Position numbers and translations under genes: made by a program. A stretch of DNA of 64,000 nucleotides from Callorhinchus milii. Taxonomy: Eukaryota. The first letter of the stretch is position 1; each line of letters starts with the position of its first letter. The notes beneath the pieces were generated by a model. That model worked only from the letters and a program-made list of their open reading frames with translations, was not told the DNA's origin and searched no databases. Positions 26,081 to 39,816 of this stretch are shown here, piece by piece. Where the stretch lies: the NCBI RefSeq assembly GCF_018977255.1, contig NW_024704743.1, positions 84,074,001 through 84,138,000 of the forward strand, given 5' to 3'.

Positions 26081-28249
26081 GCTTGTTCAATATGTTACAC
26101 ATCTAATGTGTTGGTAGATTGACCTTGATGTTACAGCTCCAAATTTTAGTTTCCACTGCCACTTGAAGAAATACGTTCCTCATAAGTATTGGGTGAGTAA
26201 GTCAATACTGTATAGATTGTAAATCTGACAGAAATCATCAGTATGCAAAAGTTTCGTGAAAGGGAAATTGTACTGATCAGTTAAATTCTTATTATATTTG
26301 CCCATCGCCAGGGTTGGTAACTTTACTGAATTCCACCTCACAAATCATTGAGTTCAGCTCTGCTGTCATTGTGTAATAACATGAAATATTTCTTTTTGAA
26401 AGTCTGGGCACCAATCGCACATTGAGAATGAGCAGACTGTGCAATATTGTCCCAAATATGTGAAAACTGTTTTTCATTCCAGTGAGGCACAGATTTGTCT
26501 GCTTGCTATACCTCCAAAGCCTAAGGGGCTTTGTGTGTTGTCACAGTAACAATCAATGATCTTTCTATACAAAATGGAACACAAGAAGTCGGGGTCCCAA
26601 ATTATTCCTCTCTTTCACCTGCTTTTTCAGGTATGGCTACTTTCCAAGTAATTTGCTCTTTGCAGAAAAGATCCCAAAACTTTGGATTCACTCCAATCAA
26701 CAGTCGGCCCTTACAATGGTTAGATTTTCTTTCCTTTCCCCCCATGTTTTCAGCCTGTTTTCTGTTCTTTCTTCATAAACACATGGAAATAATGAAACTG
26801 TTTACATACTTTTGTGTGTATCCAGGAAAACCTTTGATGTGTGATTATACTCGAGTATTTATGACTTACTGCTTACTCTCATATGACTTTTGGAGTCTTT
26901 TTCCTTTTCTTTGTTTGCTTGCTGTTTTTTGCTTACAGTTTTTCCCCCCCTTCTCGAACAATCTCTGTGTAGTTGTTAAAACTGGAAGCTGTATGTTGGT
27001 TTATTTCATTCACTATTATTGAACACTGATAGAAGGCTGAAAACGTCCATTAATATCCCTCTGTAGGTCAATCCTACCCAGATGCAAATTGCCTGAAAAA
27101 TCCACTCGGATAGGATGATACACAAATGTCTTGGTCAAACATAGAATCATAGAATGAGGCTCATGGGGATAGTTTTGGCACCTTGTCACAGCACAAAGAT
27201 TCAGAAAAATATTTTACTGTTTGTTTACACTCAACTGAAAAATGAACACAAATGAATAATTCAATACATTAGCTATTAGCGGCACTAATCATTGATAATT
27301 ATTTCAAATTAGTCAATAATTCGACTACTGTACACTTTACAGTAAATCCTGTGAGGTTCTTTGAGACTTTTCAATGACATAAGGTGCTATATCAAATGCT
27401 GTAATTATTATTATTAAAAATAAATGTGTAAACAAATCCCCAATAATAGAAATATGTGTTTATCATTTGTATACATTACTGATTTATGTTACTGGTCTAT
27501 TTACTAAGTCCTGTTATGTTTTATCATTAATAATATCGGTGGTTTTGTTGTAATATTCAATTTGCAGCCAGCTTACTAGGTTAATCACCATGACTTCTTT
27601 GCTTCTTGACAATGTGATTTATGTCTCTTTATGTATGCATTGCTAATAGCATTATATTTTGCTTTCTTTAAATCAATTGTTTGTCATTTTGTTACAAATT
27701 TAGCAACACTAGTGTTGTAATAGGGCTATTTCTATACCTGCCATTAAGCCCATAAATACCCCATGGGAACAAGTCATGAGAGCACCACACAGAGTTTTCT
27801 GATATCATCTATTGTGCTACTGTGTCCAACGCATGGGATCATGAACTTTACACTCAGTAATAACAGCAAAAAATGTTGGATGATGGAATTGCTTTAAACC
27901 ATGTGGGGTACAGCCTCAAATGGAAATTGCTGACTGCTGCTGAGCTTTCAGATCTGTCAGTGACTTGCGTTTTAACTGATCCAATGATGAATTATGGAAA
28001 ACAATAGACTGGCTTTATCATGGAATATTATCTCCTATTATTCATGATTCGGTTAGCCAGTACAAATCAGGTGATGAATAAAATCTAAAAATGTTAATTA
28101 TTGATTTTCAAGAATGAAAATGTGTTAGAACGCGGGAATCGCAAAAAGAACTTCATGAAAGGTTTTGTGAAAATGAATAGGGACATTCTTACTAAATTAT
28201 GAAGATTTAAGCAGTCTTTCATACTCACCAATCATCCTGACAAGATTTA

Positions 28250-28460
28250 CATGCTGATGGATATGGGGGGGGGAATAGAGAGATGTAGTGGAGGGGAAGC
28301 TAGATAGATACATGAGGAAGAAAGGAATAGAAGATTATGCTGATAGGCTTAGTTTAGGAAGGGCAGGAGGAAGCTCATGTGGAGCAAAGATGCCAGCATA
28401 GACCAGTTGGGCCGAATGGCCTGTTTCTGTGCTGTATATTCTAATGTATTCTAATGTTTA
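28250..28460 (+). mobile_element. CR1-clade 3' UTR
   Basis: GACCAGTTGGGCCGAATGGCCTGTTTCTGTGCTGTA followed by a (TATTCTAATG)2 tail. Confidence 0.82.
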
Positions 28461-29919
28461 ATCATACTTTCATTTGTTCCACTTAACTTACATGGTACTG
28501 CTATAGAAATCAGCAATTAACATTTTTGGGGTGTACAGTTGATAGTCACTATAGAGTTGTTGATATGAATGTAAAAGGTTGTAAGGAGAGAGGATCATTT
28601 GATTCCTCATTCCCATTGCTTCCACAGACAATGTGTATCCCCACTGATATGCACTCAACTCTGTTTCTTGTTCGTCTCTTGAGGAAAATCTGCAAGCTTC
28701 CTTCCTCCCAAGAGAACTCAACCAAATTCAGCATGATATCTAACCTCACTTCATACAATCCAGACCAGCTTCCTTCCTTGGAATCATGTTTCCATGCCGT
28801 CAGCTGTTTAGAAATGGCAAAATCATACGCTGTATTATATATGGTGCCACACTCAGCCTCCAAGTACCTGACCTATGTGAAATACAATCATAGTTACTCA
28901 TTGCTTCAAGTGTCTCAGTCACATCCATGCATCATCTGAAAATGCATAGTTGGACTTGCAAGTGGTTCCAGATCAGGGGAGGTTGGTATGGAGTGAAAGG
29001 GAGAGTGGATGATTATTATTCATTGATCCCTTGCTAATGTTCTTGGGTGCTCTAACTTCCTCTGAAATATCATCTCTCATCTTCCACCCACCTCTTCAGT
29101 CAGTCCTGTAATTTTTTTATTTTTCTCCCACGAACCATCAGTAGAATATCCTGGGAATCTGCTTGTTAACGTGACAAAAAAGATATGTTTCCACTATCCA
29201 GTAAGGCTGTGTTTCATCCTGGGTAACAATCCTAAATCAAATCTTTGTTGTTCCTCACTTTTCCTAGGAATGAAACCATCCCCAAAAGGATGATAAAGCC
29301 CCCTTTAATATCAACTTGATGATGATAATAATTTTTGCATTTGATAATTCGACCCTGGATTAACTTGTCACTACCACTTAAGTTGCCATGCTGTCAATAT
29401 CTCTGACGCTTCCCATGAAAAATATTACTAAGGAACTCTGCTTTTACTTGTCACTCCATTTAACACGTAACTAGTTACAAGCTAGAAATTCTTGTAAGTA
29501 CTTTCAAAGTAAAATTGACCAGATAACTTGCTCTATAGGCTGATATCTTGTATCTCAGAGGCTCCTGCTCTGCCCTTGTGCTATCCTGCGACAGGATGGG
29601 GTGGGAGGCCCTCCAATAGACCAGAGCCCTCTGCGATGCATCTGAGCATGTGTGTGCAACCTCCACCGAGTGCCCGCACCAGTCACAGTATCCCCTGTGG
29701 CCCAGGAGGACCTATGCCTAATTCACCATTCCAGATAATGGTTGCTGACCTCTTTTCCCTTGGGTTAACGAGTGAGCTGTAATTTACTATAATGCCTTTC
29801 ATGCCAGAGGATATCTCAAAGTGCAGGATTTAACTTTGACGCATTTAGAATACAGAAATTCTGTATGATTGGGAGCTCAGCAACCATGATGATAGCAATA
29901 ATATTTCCATTGGAAATAT

Positions 29920-30240
29920 TGTCTCAGTTGCACTCTTGCTTTTGAGTCAGGCGGTTGTGAGTTCAAGTTACACCTTGGGACTTGAACTCATAATCTAGGC
30001 TGATACTCAATTGCAATACTGGAAGAGCACTGTATTGTTGGAGGTGCCATTTTTCCAATGAGAAATTAAACTGAGGTCTTAAAGATCCCATGAAACAATT
30101 CAACAAGGAAGTGAATGTGTCTTAGCAAACAATCCCCAAATAAGTTGATCATTCACTTTGTAGCTGTACGTGGGATCTGCTGTGTGCAAATTAACTGCTG
30201 TGTGTTTGCCATTAAATATAGTCAATGTATTTGGCAGCAA
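29920..30240 (+). mobile_element. SINE family B, degenerate
   Basis: Head and central domain are recognisable. Confidence 0.75.
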
Positions 30241-30476
30241 TTATCTTTGGCACATTTGATTTTGTAGATACTATAGAATTATTGTAACTATAAAAAGAAA
30301 AAATAGTTCAAATAGAAATATTGCAGAGATTCAAGCACAGTACGACTCTTATCAAAACATTTACTTTTAAAGTCGAGTTCAGACCTGGGTCACAAATAGA
30401 GAATGAACTGTAATTTTCAAAACGTTTTAATCTTGGTAAAAGAGTTACTACAAAAGTGCCTGTCAATAACCAGAGA

Positions 30477-30810
30477 TAATAATAATAATAATAATAATAA
30501 TAATCCTTGCATTTAATATAGCGCTTTTCACGTCGGAAGGACGTCCCAAAGCGTTTCACAGAACACACTGTAAAGTGAATTGACTGTATATTTGTGGGCG
30601 AACGGGACAGCCAATTGCACACAGCAATGTCCCACAAACAGTCGTAGATTGAAAATGACCAATTTTTTTTATTATTGTTTTTGATTTTGGAGGGATTATT
30701 ATTAGGCGTGTGGAGTAAGGAAACTTGCCCAAGGTTTCGCCCTGACTGGAATTGAACTCAGGTCTCTCGCTTGCAAAGCGAGTGCTCTAACCACTGAGCT
30801 ACAGGACTCC
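30477..30810 (-). mobile_element. SINE family A, short form
   Basis: Near-identical to 21055-21372. Confidence 0.95.
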
Positions 30811-33043
30811 ACAAATTGTGAATCCTGGGTTTTAAACTCCACTGTGTGGAGAGATTCAATTATAATCAGTCTCGCATCTGAGATGGGGTCTTATCACGTC
30901 AGTGAAACATCTCAAAGTGCTCCGTGGGATTTTGCTATAAAGTGTAGTCATCGCGTATCTGTAGATGAATGTAACTGCTAATTGCCAATTGCCAATTGAC
31001 AGGAAAGTGATTAGAAAGAGGATATCACAGTTTTTGATGATTGGTTTATTGTAACATTCTTTAGATTAATGAGAAGGGGTCAGAAAAAAAACACGCACTC
31101 AGCATTGTGCTGAGTGCTATAGCTGTATTTTCTGAATCTCTGAAACCTCTACAAACCAATGCTGTCAATAAATAAAGCTACCGTTTGTGCTGGAGGATGG
31201 TGTAAGGGTTAAGACCCAGGACTTTCGCTGGCTTCATTCCATGATTTGTTGACGTGTGGTGCGATTGGTTGCTGAAGATTAAGAGGTAACTTTACTATGC
31301 ACGGAGAAGTCCAGTGAAAATCCCACATGGAAAAAGTTGTTTTCTGTCATTGGTGCTCGGGTTACAGTATCGTACAGCTGCACAATAGCCTTCAAATCTA
31401 TATCAATAACAATTTACTAATATCAATATTAATCTGCCTCCCTGTGGATCAGCTTTCTCCAACCAAGCCTGTCAGCTGCTTGACAACTCCCCGAGCTCTC
31501 GGCTTTGGTGTCAATAAGGCTGACCGCTGTTCAGGGATATTGACAGTTATTAAAAATGACCTTGCTTGATGTAATTTCATGCCCATCAAGACATGACCAT
31601 ATGCTAGGGATTATGAAAAGCCACAGTGAAGGAGAGCGACACTCTGCTCTGGGACCAGATTATGTAAAGATTATTGGCTTTTGCTGAAGCACTGGGGCTG
31701 CCCCTTGTACAGACAACCTGTATGCTGGAGGAGTAATTGGAGCAATTTAGAGCTCAGGGGCACGTTTTCAAGAGCTGTCATAACACATCATCATAACAGT
31801 TAATGCAGCGTAAAATATCAGGAGCTCCACTGAGGTTCCTCGTACATGTGCAGCAGAGCGCTGTCAATGGTTCGTGCTGGGCAGCCACTATCCTTGGCCT
31901 TCACAGGGCATACTAAATGCATCCTTGTCCCTGTGCACTCGCGCTCACTTCCTTCACTTCTATGAAATCTAAAGGGATATATAAAATACAGTTCTCCTTA
32001 TTTAAACTGTTCTAAACAAAAAAGTCTTTCCTACTAAATCACAGTCTGTTTTTTTTTCATGGTCTGGGCAATTGTTGGTTGTTATTACCATATTGAAACT
32101 GACACGTACACAAAATAATACAGAATAAAAGTGAAATAAAAAAAAGGGAATTAAATTTGAATTGTTCGGGTAAGATCCTGTTATCAACTTCTGTCATTCA
32201 ATAGGTAACCAAATATATAACAGCAGCAAACTGGGATCATTCAGCATCATTCCTGACGCTGCAATTTATGTGATGCAGCCCACAACAGTAAATTCTCAAA
32301 CTCTCATCAGAACGCCAGAGTGAGAAATACTTTTAAGTTCATTAATGCCGGTGTCAACACTACCAAATGGTTGGTGCCACTCCAGACCTGCCTTCCCTTC
32401 CAATTCTGACTGACATTGTTTTTGCCAACATCTCTTTTCCATTAAAAAAAATCAGGCTTGTTAAAACTTTGTTTGAACTGATGAAGCGGGAATACAGGTA
32501 AGATTCTTAAATTGAGAGTTTAATGGCAGGTCACAAGTGGTTTAAATGAGAAGAATTAAGGTGATGGTTTGCAAGGTGAGATTTTGTAGCGCACAGCTAG
32601 GAGCCTGTGAGCAGCAGTTTAGGATGGGCATCATGCATATATGAACTACAGAGCACATTTCCCTGCTTTATGTTTGTGAAGGAGGTGGAGAAGGTGGTCT
32701 GGGAGTGTAGAGCATATTGCTCAGCATTACCTTGGGTAGCACGATATACTGGAATATACTCACTACCATGGACATCACAGCAGAGGCTTGAACTGATCAG
32801 AAGCTGTGTTACCTGTATTAGGAAGGTCTGGAGAAGCAGTATCTCATGGTGCAACATGGCCCGTGGCTGTTCTACACACCACGTCTAAGAACAATTTTGT
32901 GATTTGAGATCTTTCAGGCATCCACACAGGAAATCACAGGCATCAGATAGTCTCCAATGTCACAGATGTTAGAAATGCACAGAGACCAAATGTCATCTGT
33001 AAGAGAAAGTAGGTCAACATTTCAGTGTGACCCTTCAACAGAA

Positions 33044-33352
33044 GAAGTCCTGTAGCTCAGTGGTTAGAGCACTCGCCTTGCAAACGAGAGATCTGGGTTC
33101 GATTCCCAGCAAGGTGAAATCTTGGGCAAGTTTCCTTACTCCACACAACTGATAATGATCCCTCAAGAAAAAAAATAAAATTGGTCACTTCAGTCCATGA
33201 CTATTTGTGAGACACTGCTGTGCGCAATTGGCTGTCACATTCTGCCCACAAATATATAGTCAATTCACTTTACACTATATTCTGTGAAGCACTTTGAGAC
33301 GTCTAGAAGACGTGAAAAGCGCTATATCAAATGCAAGGGTTATTGTTATTAT
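33044..33352 (+). mobile_element. SINE family A
   Basis: A and B boxes, body and tail. Confidence 0.93.
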
Positions 33353-33399
33353 AACTCAGAATCAATCAAAATTTATACAGTAAATTAATAATTGTAAAA

Positions 33400-33940
33400 A
33401 TTCTTAGAATGTCTTATTATGTCAAAACATTTCAAAGTCCTCCACAAAGTTTTCTAAAGTTATACTGAGTGCAGTTCTAGGCAAACATGGCAGTCAATTT
33501 GCACACAGCAATGTTTCACAAACAGCCAGGATTTGAATGACCAAATTTAACTGAAGGATTATTGGGCAGGATCTTTCAAACACAGATTAGATAGCTTTCT
33601 TTTAGGAAATAACATAGGTAGTTCAGGACATATGTACATGAGATTGCCAGGAAGGTGGAAGATGAATTAGACGGACCTTGGACTTTTTTCGTCCAGCATT
33701 TCTTATGCTCTTATGTTATGCAGCATATCAGGAGAAACTCTTTTCTCTTTCAAAATAGTGTCTGGGTTCTTTCACCTGAACAGGCAGATAAGCCCCGGGT
33801 TTAATGTCTCATCCAAAGGACAATGCAGGTCTCCCAACACAACATTAGAGTGTCAGCCCTAGACCATGTCCCTGACCCACAAATGAACTGACAAACTTTT
33901 GTCCCAGAAATGAGAATGTTTCAAACTGAGCTAGACTGAC
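33400..33940 (-). mobile_element. SINE family B interrupted by a LINE 3' fragment (about 33590-33720)
   Basis: Both halves match family B in reverse orientation. Confidence 0.7.
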
Positions 33941-34884
33941 ACTGGAAACTAATGTTTAACCAGCTGCACGGGCTCTCAGTACAAGCTTAAAACTTCTCAT
34001 AAGAAAATAACATTCATGCATAAAATGCACATAGTCACACCACTTTTCATCCTGTAAAGCACTTTGAGATGTCTTGATGACATGATAAGGTGCTATATCA
34101 AATGCAAGGATTGCTACAACAACTTGCATTTATATAGTGGCCTTCAAACTTGACGGTGTCTCGGAGTGCTTCAGCTCTTATTATTATTAATAATAATGAA
34201 AAAAATAATTGGTTTGATGTGAGAACGTCAGTGGTAATGGCAGAACAGAATAAATAAGGACGAATAATTTTAACTATTATTTCACTATTTTAACTTGAAG
34301 CTGTGGTTGAAGCAAAAAGCATAAGAAATGCTAGACGAAAAAAGCATCATATTTAAGATGAAATTTGATGCATATATAAAGGAGTGGAGGGCTGTATGAC
34401 AGGGATTGGAATATTTAAGTGGAGAATAAACACTGCACCGACTAGGCAGAATGACCTGTTTCCGTGCTGTAATGTTCAATGTGATTTTTTTTGACATGAG
34501 GCAATGCAGTCTGCATGCAATTGAAAACAGGTTAAGCAGAAGTGAAAGCATGAAACAGAAATAAGGCACACAACATCACTGCAGTTCGCTCTTGTATGCA
34601 ATCCATTTATGTAATTAAGGCTCATCAATATTTTAGTAAACATTAATGACCCAATTATAATTCAAAACTATGCATAGTTTTAAAATCTACATCAATTTGG
34701 AATATTGACCCACCCTTTTAACACTGATTTTTCACTGCATTCTTTCTGCTTAGCCGAAGCATGGAACAGACTCACTAATGAAGTAGTTAATTCTGCGTCA
34801 ATTGACGCTGTTAAAAGGGCCTAGATCAATATCTGCTCAGAGAAGAGATTGAGGGTTACAGGGATAGTAACAGTTCTGCTTGAT

Positions 34885-35225
34885 TATTATAATAATAATC
34901 ATTGCATTTGATTTAGTATCTTATCACGTTGTCGAAATTTCTCAAAGTGTGTTTCACAACATTTGTTGCAAAGTGCACTGACTTCATATCAGTTGAGGAA
35001 TGTGGCAGCTAATTTTCCCACTTCAGTGTCCCACAAACAGCCACAAAGTAAATAACCAATTTTATCTGGGGCATTGGTGGCTAGGATGCTGGGAGAAACT
35101 CCCTTCTCTTTTTGAGTAGAATCATAGAATCTCTAACTTTTACCTGAGCACTTGCTGGAGTTTTAGCCAAAACTATGAGCTCAAAGTCTTGATATGGAGC
35201 TTGAACCCACAATTTTAGGCCAGCT
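34885..35225 (-). mobile_element. SINE family B, internally deleted
   Basis: Tail, GTCCCACAAACAGCC and GAGCTTGAACCCACAA head segment. Confidence 0.72.
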
Positions 35226-37766
35226 GGTTTAATGTAGATATGCAAGGGGAGTTTATAGCACATCTTCAGCTTTATTAGATGCTGAGGCGAAGCCTTGAGT
35301 TTAATGTGATTTATAATCTGAAGTGTTTTTTTCAATTTAAATACTGAGATGAAAAAAAATTGTCATGTTATAAAAAATATCAGGGTAGAAATTCCACCTT
35401 GGGTTATTTTATTAACATAAGGTTTCCGAATGTGAAGAATTTGGTACTTTCTTAAATACAACCTTAATGTCTAAATCAGGTTTCTGTAAGAACTTTTACA
35501 AACTACAGAAAAAAACAATTTAAAGTTAAGACTGAATTCAAAAATTTGCAAAATTCTAGATATTCTAAAATGTTATTTTAATAGTCATTCTAGACCAAGG
35601 TGCAATTGATTCTAAAATTGATTCCATTGATGTAGCCCATCATATTTGTTATGAAACTTAATATTTTTCCATCTATTCCTGAAGAACTGAACACTTCCCT
35701 GAGTACTATACAGTTTGGTTTTAAGATTAATTTCAATATACTTCTCCCATTGTATTGGATTAATGTGTTTGACCCTGGTGCCATTATATGAGAACTGCTT
35801 CACAGGATTGAGTTACAACAGTGTCTTTTTCTTAATGCCATTGATCACCAACTTCCTGTGAACAGAAACAGCATAGAATGACCAAATGTTTGGGTGCAAC
35901 CATTTTGCCAAGGCTGGGTGCACAATAGTTTCTCTTTATTGTATGGAGTAATATTTGTGGCATTGCTTAATGAACACTGGAATAAGTTAATGCCAACGTT
36001 TTAATTATAGTCATATTTTTCCTCACACTTAATAATCTGTTCAATGACATTACTCAGAATACTATGTTGAATATATTTAATTGAGTAGTTGCTCTAAGTA
36101 CTATATTTGGTACTTCCACAGTCCTTTCAATTGCATACAGCAGCAGTATACATTGTATGCATTGAGCGGGTTACAAAACGCACAGCACCCCATTATGGCC
36201 TTACTTGCGATTTTACACATTGTCAATCCAGATTCTTACTCCTCCAAAGAAAATGATAATAATATTAATTTGGTTACTCACTCCACAACTGTTCGTGGGA
36301 CACTGCTGTGCACACTTGGCTGCTGCATTTCACCCCAAAAATACACAGTCTACGCTTTACAGTATATAGTGTGAAGTGCTTTGCGACGTCATGAAGTTGT
36401 GATAAAGTACTCTATCAAATGCAAGGATTATTATTATTATTGTTACTATGCTTTGCCTTACTTAGTGTGAACAAACATTGTTGGATTCAAAGTAAACTTG
36501 GTGTAATACATGAAAAGAGATCACCTTTACATTTTCCCAGCCTCCAAGTGCTAGCTCCAACTTTTATTGCCACCATGTCTTTGACAACCAATTTCTTTAT
36601 TCTAACTTGGTCACCCCTAGAGAGTGCAGGAAGATTTTTTTCAGGGGGGCAGGGGTTCGGGAGGTGGGGGGGGTGTATGCTAATAATGATTTTTGTTACC
36701 CCTATTGGTTAAGACAGAGTTGGATCAGTGTATTTCAAGTGGTAACCTAATACTTGTTTAATTTATTTCTCCTGTAAAATAAATGGTTATGATTTCTCTG
36801 GGTGGAAGAAATTAGATTTATTCCTAAAGAACTAATTCCAGTCAAAATATCAAGGTGACACCATGGGTGCCTGTAAAGCTAACTGGTAGCTTCACTGAAT
36901 GTTATCACTTTGAATGTTATTTAAGTAGTTAAAAGGGGTGAATGAAAATTCCTTGCAATGAGTCAGTTTACCTGCACTAATAAAATGGATATTATGAGCA
37001 TGGGAAGTTATTGCTGCTTTGTTCACTTAATTCCATTTAAAACTCTTCTCTTTCCTACTAACTGCTGCAATGCAAGGACTTGGATTTTGAAACACATCTG
37101 TGATCTTTTTCCTAGTGGGGTCTAAATTAAGGGATTGGTAGAAATGATTTGGAAAATTGCTGAACTCAGGGAGGGATTCAGTTCCATGACTAGTCTTTAG
37201 GGAAGCTTGGAAAAATTCAGTTTCAGAATGGATTCAATGGGAAAATTCCCCGTGAAATCTGCAATGAATTGGATTTTTTTTAACTCCAGTATTTTCAGAT
37301 TGTAACAAATCAGATTGTAAAGTGTATTAAACTTAAGTCTTCACAACATCCTTGAAAGATTCAAAATTATTCTCTCCCTGGCTTACTCCCTGGAATGCCA
37401 CTGAGTTCCCAGAAATTGAAACAGAGATCGGTATCTGTGCGGGAATCCTGAGGGTTGGCTGCGATATGTCTGAGATCCTTTACTTTTAAACCATTTTACG
37501 AAACTCATAAACTAGACCTCATTGTGTGTGAGGTATTGCAGGGTATTCGGAACCGAGTAGCTGGTACCCAAACAGAAAAAAAACAGAATCAAACACCACC
37601 AGCAGCGAAAGTCAGAAAAGAAAGTTTGAGGAGAAATGATTGAGGAAGATAACTGTAAATGTTCTGTTAATTAGCTCTATGAAGATTTACCAGACTTTCC
37701 CTCCAGCAACAGATGTATTAAAGACCAGCCATGAATAAAACTACCTAAATATTTTAGACATTTTGT

Positions 37767-38077
37767 GGAGTCCTGTAGCTCAGTGGTTAAAGCACTCGCC
37801 TTGTAAGCGAGACACCTGGGTTCAATTCCATGCAGGGCGAAACTTTGGGCAAGTTTCCTTACTCCACATGCCTAATAATAATCCCTCCAAAAAACAAAAA
37901 CAATAATAAATTGGTCATTTTCAATCCACGACTGTTTGTGGGACACTGCTGTATGCAATTGGCTGCCGCGTTTCGCCCACAAATGTATGGTCAATTCACT
38001 TTACAGTCTATTCTGTGAAGCGCTTTTAGACGTTGATAAGACGTGAAAAGCGCTATATCAAAATGCAAGGATTATTA
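37767..38077 (+). mobile_element. SINE family A, short form
   Basis: A and B boxes, body and tail. Confidence 0.94.
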
Positions 38078-39816
38078 CATATAAATCAGCACGTAACTGT
38101 CAATATGAAATCTTAGATTAAATTGATTTGAATTAAATTATTAACATAACAATGATGCATTCACCAAGTTCTCAAGGACTAAATGCTGCTGCTGCTGGTG
38201 GTTCACAGGTTCAATTCCTGATGTAATATTATTATATGTGGTGAGATTTGTGAGGTCTCAGCAAGGCAGTCTTAGTCTAACGTATGTATGTGCGTGTGTT
38301 GCCTCAAAAACATGCACTATCCGTTTAAATGTGTCAGGCTGCAGTATTCATATCAATGGAGCCAGATCCCATGGCACTATTCAAAAGGAGAGGAGCGTTT
38401 CTTTTGGAGTCCTGGCCACAATCCCCCAGATAAAACTTGATAAAACTAAAATTGGTCATTCACTGCATGGCTGTTTGTGGGACATTGCTGTGTTCAAAAT
38501 GGGTTGTTGCATTCACCTACAAACATATAGACACTAAACGTAACAATAAAATCCTTTGAGACATCCTTACAAAGGGAAAGGTGCCATGTCAAATGCAAGT
38601 ATTATTATTAATAATAATTTAAAGGACACTGAAGGAATTTACAGCCATTTAGCCTTGAATATCACTTTACTGATGCAGCACAGATGCAAGAAACATAAAA
38701 GTGAAATGGGAAAGGAAAGACATTGTGGGACAGATTAAATCATAAAACATAAAGCGATGTTAAGGCGTACAGTTAAAAAGAAGGTTGCTGATTACATTTT
38801 TTGATAACTGCCGGGTTCACCTTTGTTAATTTAGCTTGTCACTTCATATCATGCTTCGTTTATGTATGTTTAGAATTCTTTGACAGGGCCTAATTTAATG
38901 CTTTTGACAAGCTGCCAGAATTGCCACATTACATTTCATGACTGTATTTCCAGTCTTCTGATTCATGTGAGAACCCTGGCAGGCTCCATTCAGTTCTACA
39001 ATCTGTATTGTGGCAGATTTAGGTGTGGAGGGAGTGAATGGCAGATTTGGCATTCGTTTCAAGAATCTTCACTCTCCTCTAGTCTGCCCGAAAATAATCG
39101 ATCACAACACTTGACAATAAGTATTGTAAGCGCTTTAAGACATTTGAATGCGATAAGGTGCAATACAAATGCAAGCACTTATCATTTGATCATCCTGAAT
39201 ACTATTAAATAGTCACAAGTAGTGTCAGAGATTGAATTGGCCCTGGTGACGATACTGTGAACAACACTTCTGAGATTGATCGCTTCATTCATTTACTCAA
39301 GGGTTTCCTGTCAAAAATTACAACTAATAAATTGCCATTGAGGAAAGATTAGCATTGAATAAAAATAGGCCACTTGACCCACTTGCCTCCACAGACCAAG
39401 GAAAGACCATCCCATCATTTCACTCCTTCCACTCAACCCATTCATCTTGTGTGGAATGTTCCGCACATTCTCAATGATCCGTAAAGCAAAACTGAATATT
39501 CAATATATTTTCTCTTTAGCACTGGCCTCTTTCCCTCCATAGACAATATCCACCTCCCCCTTCCCCTCCCTCCAGTGTTTCTAAAATGGTTCAGTTGTTA
39601 GCACTCTCACCTCTGAGTCTGAAGATTGTGAATTCAAGTCCTATAGGACTTTAAACTCACAGTCGAGAGATTCCAGTCCAGTACTTGGGGTGTGCCGCAT
39701 TGGCAGTGATGCCATCCTTTAAATGAAATATTAAACCAAAGTCCTGTCTGCCTATTCAGGTATATGTTAAAGAAACCATTGGGACTATTCAAAAAAAACG
39801 TTTTTTCTGGTGCCCT

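Noticed and set aside
28526..28939. 137-aa ORF with overlapping antisense ORFs
   Set aside because: No recognisable domain or splice context. It may be an old repeat remnant, but this cannot be supported.
30308..30637. Recurrent peptides such as [12 protein letters not shown] in several ORFs
   Set aside because: These are translations of the SINE 3' end and its (TTA)n tail.
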